Assembly (NCBI RefSeq): GCF_963921235.1
Contig: NC_086097.1
Coordinates: forward strand, 145,330,001 to 145,394,000
Source: Mobula hypostoma
Taxonomy: Eukaryota
Length of the DNA: 64,000 bases
Direction of reading: 5' to 3'
In this document: in pieces, positions 35,427 through 46,560 of the stretch
How positions within the stretch are numbered: the stretch's first letter is position 1
Layout of the letters: the number at the start of each line of letters is the position of its first letter
Notes under the pieces: generated by a model
Told to the model about the DNA's origin: nothing
What the model saw: only the letters and a program-made list of their open reading frames with translations
Databases searched by the model: none
Made by a program: the position numbers and the translations under genes

Positions 35427-36499
35427 TCTGTGGCTCAAGTGAGTTTCAGAATTTCCATCTCGCTCAACAGATCGTTTTCAGTTTAGTTATTGCTTTAATT
35501 AAAAAGGGAAAAACGGATATGTCAAAATATCAAGCTCTAATTTTCTCATTTGATCCCATTTCATTTAACATTGTTTAACAACTTTGCTTCCACTTGTGCA
35601 GGATTTTCTGTTTGAATTTATGAACTCCCGTTGAAGAATTATATTTTCTGCAATGTGTTTCTGCTCCTTATTTCACTGCTTTTTTCCAGTGTTTTATCCA
35701 AATACTGAAGTGTACATCCAGTCTGCATGTATTTCAAAACATTTTCCAAAATCACAACTGTCTAGCTGGTGTCATGGTGTCAAACCAGCATATTTCCTGT
35801 GAAAATATCTCACTGCTCTCAGAATGTTAAATAATAATTATTCACATCATTTGGCAATTCTCAATTCAATTCAAGTTTAATTTTCATTCAACCATACATG
35901 AATATCCATGACCACAGACAAACAAAACAGTATTACTCCAGGGCCAAGGTGCAAAACACAGCACCAACAGTCATACACAGCACAAGGCACTTGTAGTACA
36001 CACAAGATAGCAAGCACATAGATCAGTACAATATAATCACACAAAAAATATATAGTCCAAGACCCCAAGTCCATGATTGTTACAGCAGTCTGCAGTCGAA
36101 CACAACATAACTTGTCTTCTGCCAAACAAATACTAGAGAATGGCTCTAACTCCAGCTTGGACTCCACGCCACACCACCCCCTGCACTCCGGTGGAGGGCA
36201 CCAACTCCAAGGCCTCTCTCTTGTGCGGCTACTAACAGTTGACACCACGGCCTGAGGCCCCATCCTCGCCACAACCAAGGCCATGCAGAACAGCCCCCAT
36301 CCCCCACCCCACCCGTAGCCCACCAATACATTAGTGAATCAGACTTGCAGCACTCCACATCAACAATATCCAACAGGGTATTGCGATTACAAGAAAAATG
36401 ACTAATGCGATCCACCTGCTGTTGTCTGCACATAATCTCATGCACCAACTCCTTTGTAACACAGGCAGTAGCTCAATACACACCATGCCCAGCTCCATA

Positions 36500-38520
36500 C
36501 ACGAGGACAGAACTTCCCCAAGCACCCCTTGGCAACACTGACCATATAATGACTATGCTTGTTCCCAGCTATAAACAAAAACTGGATCAGTCAAAACCAA
36601 TGAGGACCATCAGACAGTGATGGACCCCTGGAGCTGTTGGAAGGTCAAAGGCTGCTTAGGATCCATGGATTGGAAGGCCATGGAAGATTGGTGTGGCATA
36701 TAGATGAATAGAATGATACTGTAGCATCCTGCATGTCCTTCTGTGAAGATGAGTATCCTCCTAAAAAGATTATTATGAGGTATGACAATGACAAGCCATG
36801 GTTCATCAAGGAGCTGAGGACTCAGAACTACAAAGGACCTATAGGTCTGGAAACAGGCAGAAATATAGTTCTGCAAAATGGCAGTTGAATAGAGCTCTGT
36901 AAGTGGTGAAAGCCACATAAAGATCAGCTAGAAAGAGAATTCAACAACAGTAGCCAGGCAGTCTGGAATTTCCTACAAAGTCTGCCAACTTCTAACAGAA
37001 GTGCTCTCAAGCCTTCCCTCTCCCCTACCTCGGTCAATCAGTTTTACTGCCAGTTTGATAAGGACAATCACTATCCATCTCTTATCACTTCCTCTGATCC
37101 CAATATACAGAGCCCCAAACCCCCCCTCCCTTTCACAATCACTCCAATGTCACCATCCCCCTTTCACCCTCAGCCTGCCTCCTCCTTCCATCCAACCCTA
37201 TACTTTCTGTGAAGCAAGAAGACATTTGCAAACTATTTGGAAAACAGAGCATTAGGAAAGCTGCAAGTCCTGCTGCCGTCTCACCGGGTACTCTGAGGCA
37301 CTGTGCTAATTAACCAGCACCTGTTTTCACTAAGATATTTAACACCTCCCTGCAGGGTTCCAAGTTGCTACAATTGCTTCATTTCCCAAGAAAAGTAAGA
37401 TCACTAGACTTAATAATGAAAGGCCAGCCAGTCTAACTTCAGTAGTTATGAAAACTTTTGAACATCTGAAGTTGGCCTACCTTAAGTCCATTACTAATCT
37501 TTTCCTTGACCCGCTACTGTTTCCTTATAAGGCAACCTGCTCGTTTGAGGACACAGTTAACTCATGCCTTCATTTCATTCTTCAGCATTTGGATTCCACA
37601 ACACCTATGTGAGGATCTTGTTTGTGGATTTTAGCTCCGCCTTCAGCACTTTTGTTCTGGAGTTGTTCCACGTCAAGCTCGCCCAGATAGCTGTACCCTA
37701 TAACATCTGGAAGTGGATGATGAATTTCCTGACAGGAAGGAAGTATTACGCAAGGCTGGGTTCCAACTTGTCAGTCCAATGTCTATAAGCACAGGCTCTC
37801 CCCAGGACTCAGTTCTATCACCCCTCCTTTTATTACTTTATACAGTTGACTGTACCTCCACAGACAAATGCATTAAAATCCTAAAGTTCGCAGATGACAT
37901 GACTGTAGTTGGTCTCATCTCTAATAATGAGGTGAATCTGCTATCATAGTGAGCTTGCATTATAGTGAGCTTGTAACAACTTGGAGCTTAAGGAAGTGAG
38001 AATTGATATCTGTCAACAACCCTCTAACTGTCTTTCCTTGGAAGTTAATGGTCAGGCCGTGTCTGTGGTCAAGTCATCCATATTCCAGGGGACTACCATT
38101 ACCAATACATTGAAGGGGAGCAAGTGTATGACGTTCATCATCAGGAAAGCCCAGCAGAGACTGTTCTTCCTATGCCAGCTTAGGAAACTTAACATCTCAG
38201 TGTGTATCCTGGTGAATTTTTAGTCAGCCATCACTGAGAGTGTTATAGCCACCTGTATCACCATTTTTCCCCCACCATCTCCTCCCTCTCCAAGTCCAGG
38301 TTGCAGTGAATGGTTCACTCAGTGGAGAAAATAACTGGCTGCCAACTACCAACATTGAATGACTAGTGCGTCGTCAGGGTGAAGAAAAGAGTTGAAAAAA
38401 TTACTGCTGGCTCTACCCATCCTAGCACAAAATTGCCATCAGGGGAACACTACAAGTCCATCACCACCAGGACTACATGTCATTTCCAAAGCTTACAGTA
38501 TCTCCTGTAGCAATGCAGTT
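36500..38520 (+). mobile_element. Rex1/Babar-like LINE of a divergent subfamily
   Basis: YVRILFVDFSSAFST, STGSPQDSVLSPLL, ILKFADDMTVVGLI and KAQQRLFFL. Confidence 0.85.
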
Positions 38521-40490
38521 ATTCAACAACACTCACTCAGGTGGAATATCTGAACTGTCCCTGCACAACATCCATTAAATGATCTTTCCTGCTCTCCTTG
38601 CTCTTTTGATAGTTATTTAGTCTGTTCCTATGTTCACATTTATTTAAGTCTGATTTTCAACATTTATGCTTGTGACCATTCTGCTAATTGTTGATTGCTC
38701 ATGGCTACTTGCACTATTGTCTTGTAAATTGTTGATTGCGATTGTGTTGTCTGTTATGGTCCTGTATTTTATGATAGCATTTGAAATGAATCCAGTCTCA
38801 GTCTGTCAATGTTCAAAATTTACAATCACAAAGTAATTTCAAATCAAACGTTGCATTCATTGATTTGGATGCCTCCTCCGGTGACTTCAGAGGAGTCTCG
38901 AAGGAAGAGAGGGTGACACAAGAGTGTAAACGGAAAAGAGAGAGAAAGGTGAAACATTTAATGACTAGGAAACATGCTAATTAAAAAGCAAACGAGAACC
39001 ATTTGATGGAAAATGAATGTGGAAATAGGAGACAGTTAATCAATAGGATTGACAGACAAAACTGTGAAAAGCTCCAAATTGGTGAAAGGTTGTCATTCTT
39101 GGATGAATCAAAACCTGCCGCTACTTACACCTCCTTGAGTCACTGAAGAGGATGATGGCCTACACAAGATTAATCATGCGAAAGCAGTAACCCAGGGAAA
39201 CTCCTGCTTCAACAATCATCAGCAAAAAAAGGGCTGTTTCATTATCCTGGATGCTGTAACCTCTAAACACCATTCTTGTACCTTTCCTTCCCAGGTCGAA
39301 GATTTTTCATCTGTAGTAACAACTTTTTTTTCTCTTTCTACAGATGCTGTCTGACTGGCTATTACTAAGATGTTTGCTTTTATTTTAGATTTCTGACAGA
39401 TGCAATTTTTTCATTTTTTTAACTGTACTTAAATTTAAATTTTACTTCCTCAATTCAGAGTATAACACATTACTAATGGTTCATACTCTATGTTGCCTTT
39501 ACTTCCTCCTTGTCAAAAAAGTTCAATGCAGATTAACCACTTTGGGAATAACTATGATGTTTGTCTTCAAATCAAAAAAACTCGATAACCAATCTAAATT
39601 AGTATACTGCACTCTGAGTCAGTCTCATATGGATGTGTTTGACCTTGGCAGCTATATATGACAAAGTTTTGTGTGAAGCAGTCATATCCCTTAACATAAT
39701 GAACACACACCCAACAGAGCTGATAGCTACAAATTAAACTGAGAAAATATTTAGAACAGAAACAAGTGGGCTTTGTGGTATAGAAATCTTATATGAAAGT
39801 CAATTTTACAGTAGTTTCATAGCAAGTGGATATAGTGTCCTTGATTTTAGATATCTTACCTTCCAGTGAACTATTTTGCTGTTACATTGTTAGTATTATG
39901 CTGACTGAATAAATTTGGTCAAGGTCATGAGAGAGGAAGGTTTCATATTTCAGATCTACTCTCTTTCAATCCATATTATCTCTGACCTTCAAAAGAAGCT
40001 TTGTTCTAACAAAAGGCAAAAAATCCACATTGCTATTTACTCTTTCTAATTTATGGCACCTGCAATATTCTAGGCTTTTTATAGAATACTCGGGGCTCTA
40101 AATTGACAGATAAAAAGAAAATTGACATGCAATGGGAACCAGGTTATGAAGTCCATTGTGGGTTTAATCTTCTCTAGCTCATTAAAAAAACAGTGATTTT
40201 TGGGTTTAGCACATATAGTAAATAACTTCCACCACCTATCTTCAAGTCTGTATCTAGATTGTAGATTAAATTTAAAATCCAGCTCTTAGCAATGGTTTCT
40301 AAAAGCTTTGACTCACAGATGGGACAATGCTGATTAAAATTAATTTAGATGACTGTGGTATGCATGCGAATTGGGAGGCGTGAAGTTTGTATGTAGTTCA
40401 AACAAAGCATTGTGGGTATGTTGTAAGTATGGAATTGTCCTTTAATGTTTAACACATAAAATGTTGTGTAGCATTGGGCCAGGCAGATGT

Positions 40491-40494
<4 letters not shown>

Positions 40495-40570
<76 letters not shown>

Positions 40571-40640
40571 CCCCTCTCTCCCTCCCCTTTTCTCTTCCTC
40601 CCTTTTTCTCTTTTCCTCTCCCTCTCCCTCTTCCTCTCCA
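40495..40640. repeat. (CT)n microsatellite and pyrimidine tract inside the LTR
   Basis: Directly visible; a degenerate counterpart lies at 44650-44735. Confidence 0.95.
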
Positions 40641-40770
40641 CACCACCCCCCCCACCGACTCCAAAGGCTGTCAGCTTATTTGAGTTTATTTGTGATATTT
40701 TGTCCAATAAAGACATTGCTTTAAATCTACTGATACTTTTTTCTGATGAGTTTGTTCATGCAACAACATT

Positions 40771-40788
40771 TGGTGTCAGGAGTGGGAT
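40771..40788 (+). promoter_or_regulatory. Primer binding site, tRNA-Leu
   Basis: TGGTGTCAGGAGTGGGAT is the complement of the tRNA-Leu(CAG) 3' end, 2 nt after the LTR end. Confidence 0.9.
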
Positions 40789-40895
40789 ACCTTCTTGTGA
40801 CCTATCATGTGGCCATCGATCTTAGCAGTCTAGGTGGGTGAGTATTTTTAAAATTAGCATTCACACTTGGACCTGTTTGGGTTAGTGGTACACGG

Positions 40896-41315
40896 TGTTG
40901 GAGTGATTTCTGGGTTTAGCATTTTTGCATTTAACAAGTGACTTCTCAGCCACCGATCTTCAAATCTTAATGTAAATTGTTGATCTAATTCAAATGAACA
41001 ATAGGTCCCTAAAAGGCATGAATCACAGACCAGACACTGCTGAATACAATTCATTTAGATGTCTGTGGTGTGGGTGTGAATCAGGAAGTGTGAAGTTTGT
41101 GTGTAGTTTCAATGAAATCATTGTAGATACATTGTAAATATGGAATTGTCCTTTGAGGTTTAGCACATAAAATATTAAGCTCCATGTTGAGCCAGCCAGA
41201 CCTTTTGACCGACACCATCTCTATATGATGCCTGCTGTATCTCGTTTTGTTGAAAAAAGAAGCTGCTTCATATCTACCAGTACTTTTGTCCAGTGACTTC
41301 ATTCATGTAACAACA
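40896..41315 (+). mobile_element. Solo LTR of a related family nested in the ERV leader
   Basis: TGTTG...CAACA ends; 5-bp TSD CACGG (40891-40895) / CATGG (41316-41320); homologous to 40190-40768. Confidence 0.85.
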
Positions 41316-41724
41316 CATGGAATCACAAACACGAAGAGCTGAACTGGTAGATATAAGAGTAACGAGTGCGCATACATAGGATTTATGTAAGCGACCAAAC
41401 TTTGTTTATTAATTTGGTGAGACGGGGCCACCAGTTGTGCAGGATGGTTATTGAAGTTTCAGGATGCCAGTGGAGGCATGTATACTCATTCCAGGATCTG
41501 CCTTTTAGCAAATGCATTTGCAAATGTGTGTGTGTGTGTGTGCGCGCGCACGCACCTTGGTGTAACAGTTAGATGCAGAGGAATACAGTAAGCATCATGA
41601 GTTCAGACACACGTAAGTGTCAGATTGCAGAGCACATACTCTGCGGTTTTAAGTACGTACTGTCTAACTTGTACCTACCATTTATGTTTTGCATTGTGTG
41701 AAAATTAGTGTAGAGAGGTTTTAC

Positions 41725-41958
41725 CCAGATCTTTACTCAGAGAGTGGTGGCTGTGTGGAATGAGCTTCCAGCAGAAGTGGTTGAGGCAGGTTCGATGTTG
41801 TTGTTTAAAGTTAAATTGGATAGATATATGGACAGGAAAGGAATGGAGGGTTATGGATCAAACGCAGGTCGGTGGGACTAGGTAAGAGTAGGAGTTCGGC
41901 ACGGACTAGAAGGGCCGAGATGGCCTGTTTCCGTGCTGTAGTTGTTATATGGTTATAT
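41725..41958 (+). mobile_element. CR1 3' fragment
   Basis: Inverted copy of the 5995-6262 type with a GTTATATG tail. Confidence 0.85.
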
Positions 41959-42059
41959 GTACATGTCAGGATGGTGCCTATTGAGGTCAGGCAACATCAG
42001 GTCAAGAACCCTGAAGACCAAAGTTAGCCCCTGACCCTGATTACAACCATTCATAAACC

Positions 42060-43155
42060 CTTCACCCCGGGGAGAAACAGAGCATTTTGTCAGAGTTACC
42101 CTCGCTTAAAGTCACATGTGGGAATTCAGAATTCTGGTGAAGCTTGAGGAAATGCTTGAAATTCACCAGAAGCACCCTGAAGATGTACACTTGTTGGTAA
42201 TAGCAAAGTGCCCGAGGAATATGTGGGACAGTATGGCCTAGGGGGTGCAGGATGGTACATGGGCAGCTACAAGGGACACTAGCAATGAAGAGAGATATCA
42301 CTTTAAAGGGAAGATGAGGCAGCGACTGGGGGGAGTAACAGGGAAACAATAATGTCAGTGATTCAGAGAGCTGATGAGACAGCCATGGATTATGCAGAAC
42401 ATAAAGTGTATTCCAGGTTGGATACTGTTAAGGAAGGCTTGAGCTCAGCCCAAAGTTAGTTTTAGATTTGTGAATAACCGTGGTTCAACCTGCTCTGTGT
42501 TAGCTTTATGGGCCAGTGAGATGGACCAAAGGAAGTGCAAGAGAAATCGCAAAGCGGCTGTAGCGAATGTAGCTGCCGTGGTGTCTCAGAGAACCTGCTT
42601 TGTGTGCTGGCAGCAGGGGCACGTAGCAAGAATCTGTGGGAGAGTAAAGGAGATGATTTGTTACAGCTGTGGCTTCTCTGGCCATGGTTGGAGGCAGTGT
42701 TCTGAAAAAAGTGAAAAGGGTAAAAGTCATTTACTAAAGCAGGCAGAGTCCACAGCAGTGCCCTCTCTTTCCAATTTGGTTGCTGACCAGATTATAAAGT
42801 TGGTGAGGTTAGACAAATGGGTGAAGGCTGCCTCTTTTGCCAGAGGTAGTCACCCATGGAGGCACACAAGAGGTTTATCAGGGGCCAGCAACGCACAATG
42901 TTAGTGGACACGGGATTATCAGTATCGATAACTGATCTACCCTTGCCCACGACTGGAGAAATGATTTACATTACCAGTGCAGGAGGTAAAACAATGAGGG
43001 AGGAGAGAAGTCAGTCCCAGGTACTGGAAATTGGCGGAGTGCAGCTTCCAGTGTATTTCTGGGTCTGTCCAAATAATGAGGGTACTATCCTTGCATAAGA
43101 CATCCTAAGGGAAGCAGGAGCCATTATAGGTTCAGAAAAGGGAGAAATAACGTAG
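42060..43155 (+). pseudogene. gag (CA, 2x CCHC NC) and aspartic protease remnants
   Basis: CFVCWQQGHVARIC and CYSCGFSGHGWRQC in ORF 42470-42904; MLVDTGLSVS..SAGG..GTIL in ORF 42856-43098. Confidence 0.85.
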
Positions 43156-44833
43156 ATGAGACAGGGACAATGAACATGTGTGACCCACAAAGCAGCTAAT
43201 GTAACCCACAGGGAGTCAGCAGCCCCGAGCAGGGAGGAGAGAGAGGGTGATATGTGGGAATCATGTCAGGAGATCCCAGGGGGAGGGGGCCAAGCACAGT
43301 CAGGAGCTGCCTGAGGTGTTTACAGTAAAGAATCACCAGAAAGGGGAGAGGAAGGAGCAGAAAGGGAACAAGTGGGGAGACATCAGTGCCTGGACAGCAG
43401 CAGAAGGACAAGAAGCAGCAGAAATTACAAATGTACAGAAAAAAACTACAACTGCCGGTTTAGTAAGATTACATGGAAATGTGAATGATCGAGCAAAGCA
43501 ACAGCAGCACGTTGCTGATCAGAGGGAGTCAGAGGGAAGGGAGATACCCAGGTGACCAAGTCATGGTGAGGGTGCTGCCTGAAAGGGCGGGTTTTCTCCC
43601 AGATGGATCGTACCACAGATGGTACTCTTAACAAATGATACTTGTCCCTGTGTGCAGACTCGTTGAGGCAGCCAGTGGAAACTCTGGACTCACCTTCTTG
43701 TTGCCGTTACAGACAGAGCAGGAGATCAAGTGTACCCAGTAACAGTGTAATTATAGAGAACCTAAGAGGTGAACATCAGCTGGCCACTCCAGACCTGATC
43801 ACAGTCGATGGAAACAGACCCCCAGGCAAACGCGAAGGCAGAAGACACTGAAAGCGTGACAGAAACCTATGAATAGCATGCTAAAATGTGATGGTAATGG
43901 TACTCTGTAATGAAGGTAGAAGATTGGTTCAATAGCATAGAATAGAAAAGATATTGTGAAAAATAGATGGGGAGGGATTTAAGTTCAAGCTGAATCACCA
44001 GGTTTCAAAATTCGATGGCATGGCAGACTGAGAAAGATTACACATGGCATCTGAAGGCCGTCACCCCCAGCCTGAATGAGGAGTGAATACAAATGAGCTG
44101 GGCCCTTTCAGCCGTTGGACCAGCGATCGACTGGGTAGTTCAGAAGGGGGTGCCACGGGGGAGAAGTCCTTGCAGTCATTCAAATAGAAACTACCCCAAC
44201 CCCTTCCTGTACATCGATGAGAGGGCCTGTGAGTCTGATGCATTTACTTTGCTGGTGCCCCTGGAAAGAGAGAGATTAAGCTACCAGAAAATGAAGGGGT
44301 GAAGACAAGGATGTGATTAAGCTGCAGTTAGCTAGCAGGGAAACCCGACAGGAGTACAAACAGGACCACATTTCTAAAGCCTGTTGTTCAAACTTCTGGA
44401 GCAATCTCTCCACTTAGCATTTTGTAGGTAGCGATTAGGGATGATTGGGTAGATTTAGATGCATATAAAATAATTGGGGGTGGGGGGGAATTCTGAAGCA
44501 GAGCATTTTTGCTGCACTATTTGAGTAGATCCTCCTTAAGGTTAGCCTTTCCCGGTACAAGTTTATTTTGTCCTGGTGGCCAAGAGGAGGGACTGTTAGA
44601 GCTATTTTTGGGTTTAGCACATATTGCAAATAATTTCAGCCACCAATCTTCTCTCCCAGTATCTCTCTCTGCCTTTCCCTCTCCCTCACCTTTTCCCTCT
44701 CCTTCCCCTCCACTTTTCTCTATCCCTCTCTTTCTTGTGACTCCAAAGGCTGTCAGCTTATTTATGATATTTAGCTGAATAAAGAGGCCACGTCATATCT
44801 ACCAGTACTTCTCCCCGGTGAGTCTGTTCACGC

Positions 44834-45215
44834 GCCTCACTAGTGAAAGGAAAAGTGAAAAAAACAGAGTAGACACGTTATCCCAGGCTCCCTTGTTTTT
44901 TTCTTGATTAGTTTCAGGAGTTACAAGACTTAATAGTGGTGATGAGTAAGTTTTAAAATGAACATAAGACGACTACCTACCTATTGAAGCACAGCAAGAT
45001 ATTCAAGTTAAAAGATATTGTTTGATTAAGCATTCTTTGTTTGTTTAAATAATTCATTGTGGGATATATGTAAAAGTATATGAATGGCATACAACATTAT
45101 GCCATCACATCAATGTGCACACCTCACTAACGAAAAGAAAAGTGAAAAATGGACACACTATCACAGTTCCTAGTTTTTTCCTTCTGATTAGCTTCTGGAG
45201 TTACAAAACATAAAA
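44834..45215 (+). repeat. Short LTR-like direct repeat pair with a PBS-like motif (TRIM/Gypsy remnant)
   Basis: 44834-44932 repeats 45120-45213; TGGTGATGAG follows the first copy. Confidence 0.45.
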
Positions 45216-46560
45216 CCATACAGCACAACTAGTAGTTATAATGTAAGAGTGGTTACTGCATTTAGAACAAGATCATTTCATGGAATCAACATTCTCAGGA
45301 GAAAAAATGAAGTAAAAATATTGTGCAATATGCCCTTTTTTTAAGAAACGTTTTTTCACTAGTAAACTATTTTTACTGGTCATAAGATATTTCAAAGTAC
45401 TTACAACAAATCACTGATTTAAATATACAGCCCCTGTTGCATAGGCAAATATGACGACAAATGAGTGGAAAATTAATTCTCAAAAACAGGAAAGAATGTG
45501 CTTTTTTTAGTGGCGGTGCTGAATAATAGGGTAATATTGACAGGTCATCAAGGAAACACAGTGACCTTTAAAGAAACTTCTGCATATTTCCATCACTTAC
45601 TGCTCAAAGTGGCGTAGAAGAGTCAAGAAAATCAAAAATGGATTCATCCCTTTCTTTCAAGAACTTCCGTACATATTCCACTAAGATTTTGGAGAAGGAA
45701 GAATACATGCATTTATGAAGGAGCATGCCAGTGTTTGAAGTGAAGTTGATTCATGCAGGAGAAAATTGTATTTAAATATCAATGCACAGAAAACTCACAT
45801 GTATTTCGTCCAGTATCATCCAGTACCATTAGTATGTTATTTCTGTGTGTATCTTGTGAAATAACCTGTGCATTTAAAGTATAAATTGTGACATTTTGCC
45901 CATTGGCTCATATTATGTGTAAGCTATTTCAGGAGCATTGTACACCAGCTGATATTAACCTGTACAAGGCTACAGCTCTTAAGAGGGATGTGTGCACTGA
46001 ATAGGAAAAAAATTAATCCATTTATGAGTAGGGCATTTGAAGGACTAAACTGGAACATGCACATGGTTACTGAGGGCAGATATAAAGTATGAAATCTGTC
46101 TTCACCAGGGAAGAGCTGCTTACAAGGCAGCAATGAATGAGGTTTGTTGAGACAATAGATATGATAAAAATTGATAACACAAAACTGCATTCTGGAAGAA
46201 CTTAGTTGGTCGAGCAGCATTTATGGAGGCAAAAGTTATATGTCAATATATTGGGTCTAGACACTGTATCAGGAATTGGGGGGGGAGGAAAAATTGCCAG
46301 TATATCATGGAAACAAATACAATATAGGCGTTCAAGAAGGTCTCAAAGAGGCACATGAATTTGCAGAGAATGGAAGGATGTGGACATTTTGTAAGCAGAA
46401 GGCACCGGTTTAGTTAGACATTTAACTACTAGTTTAATTAATTTGACACAACATCATGGGCCAAAGGGCCTGTTTCTGTGATGATCTGTTTTATTTTCTA
46501 TGTTCTATAATGCAGTACAAGGGAGGTGTGGGACAGAGCTGGTGCGTGATCGGTTTAAAC

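Larger units (their letters stand above)
40185..44840 (+). mobile_element. Non-autonomous ERV/LTR element (gag-pro, no RT or IN recognised), tRNA-Leu primed
   Basis: 5' LTR ~40185-40768 ending CAACA; PBS at 40771; MHR-like QRADETAMDYAE; two CCHC knuckles; protease LVDTG; PPT AAGAGGAGGGA before a shortened 3' LTR (44594-~44840) sharing GGGTTTAGCACATA and GACTCCAAAGGCTGTCAGCTTATTT. Confidence 0.85.

Noticed and set aside
40449..40825. Several ORFs rich in ER or SL repeats
   Set aside because: Artefacts of the (CT)n microsatellite inside an LTR.
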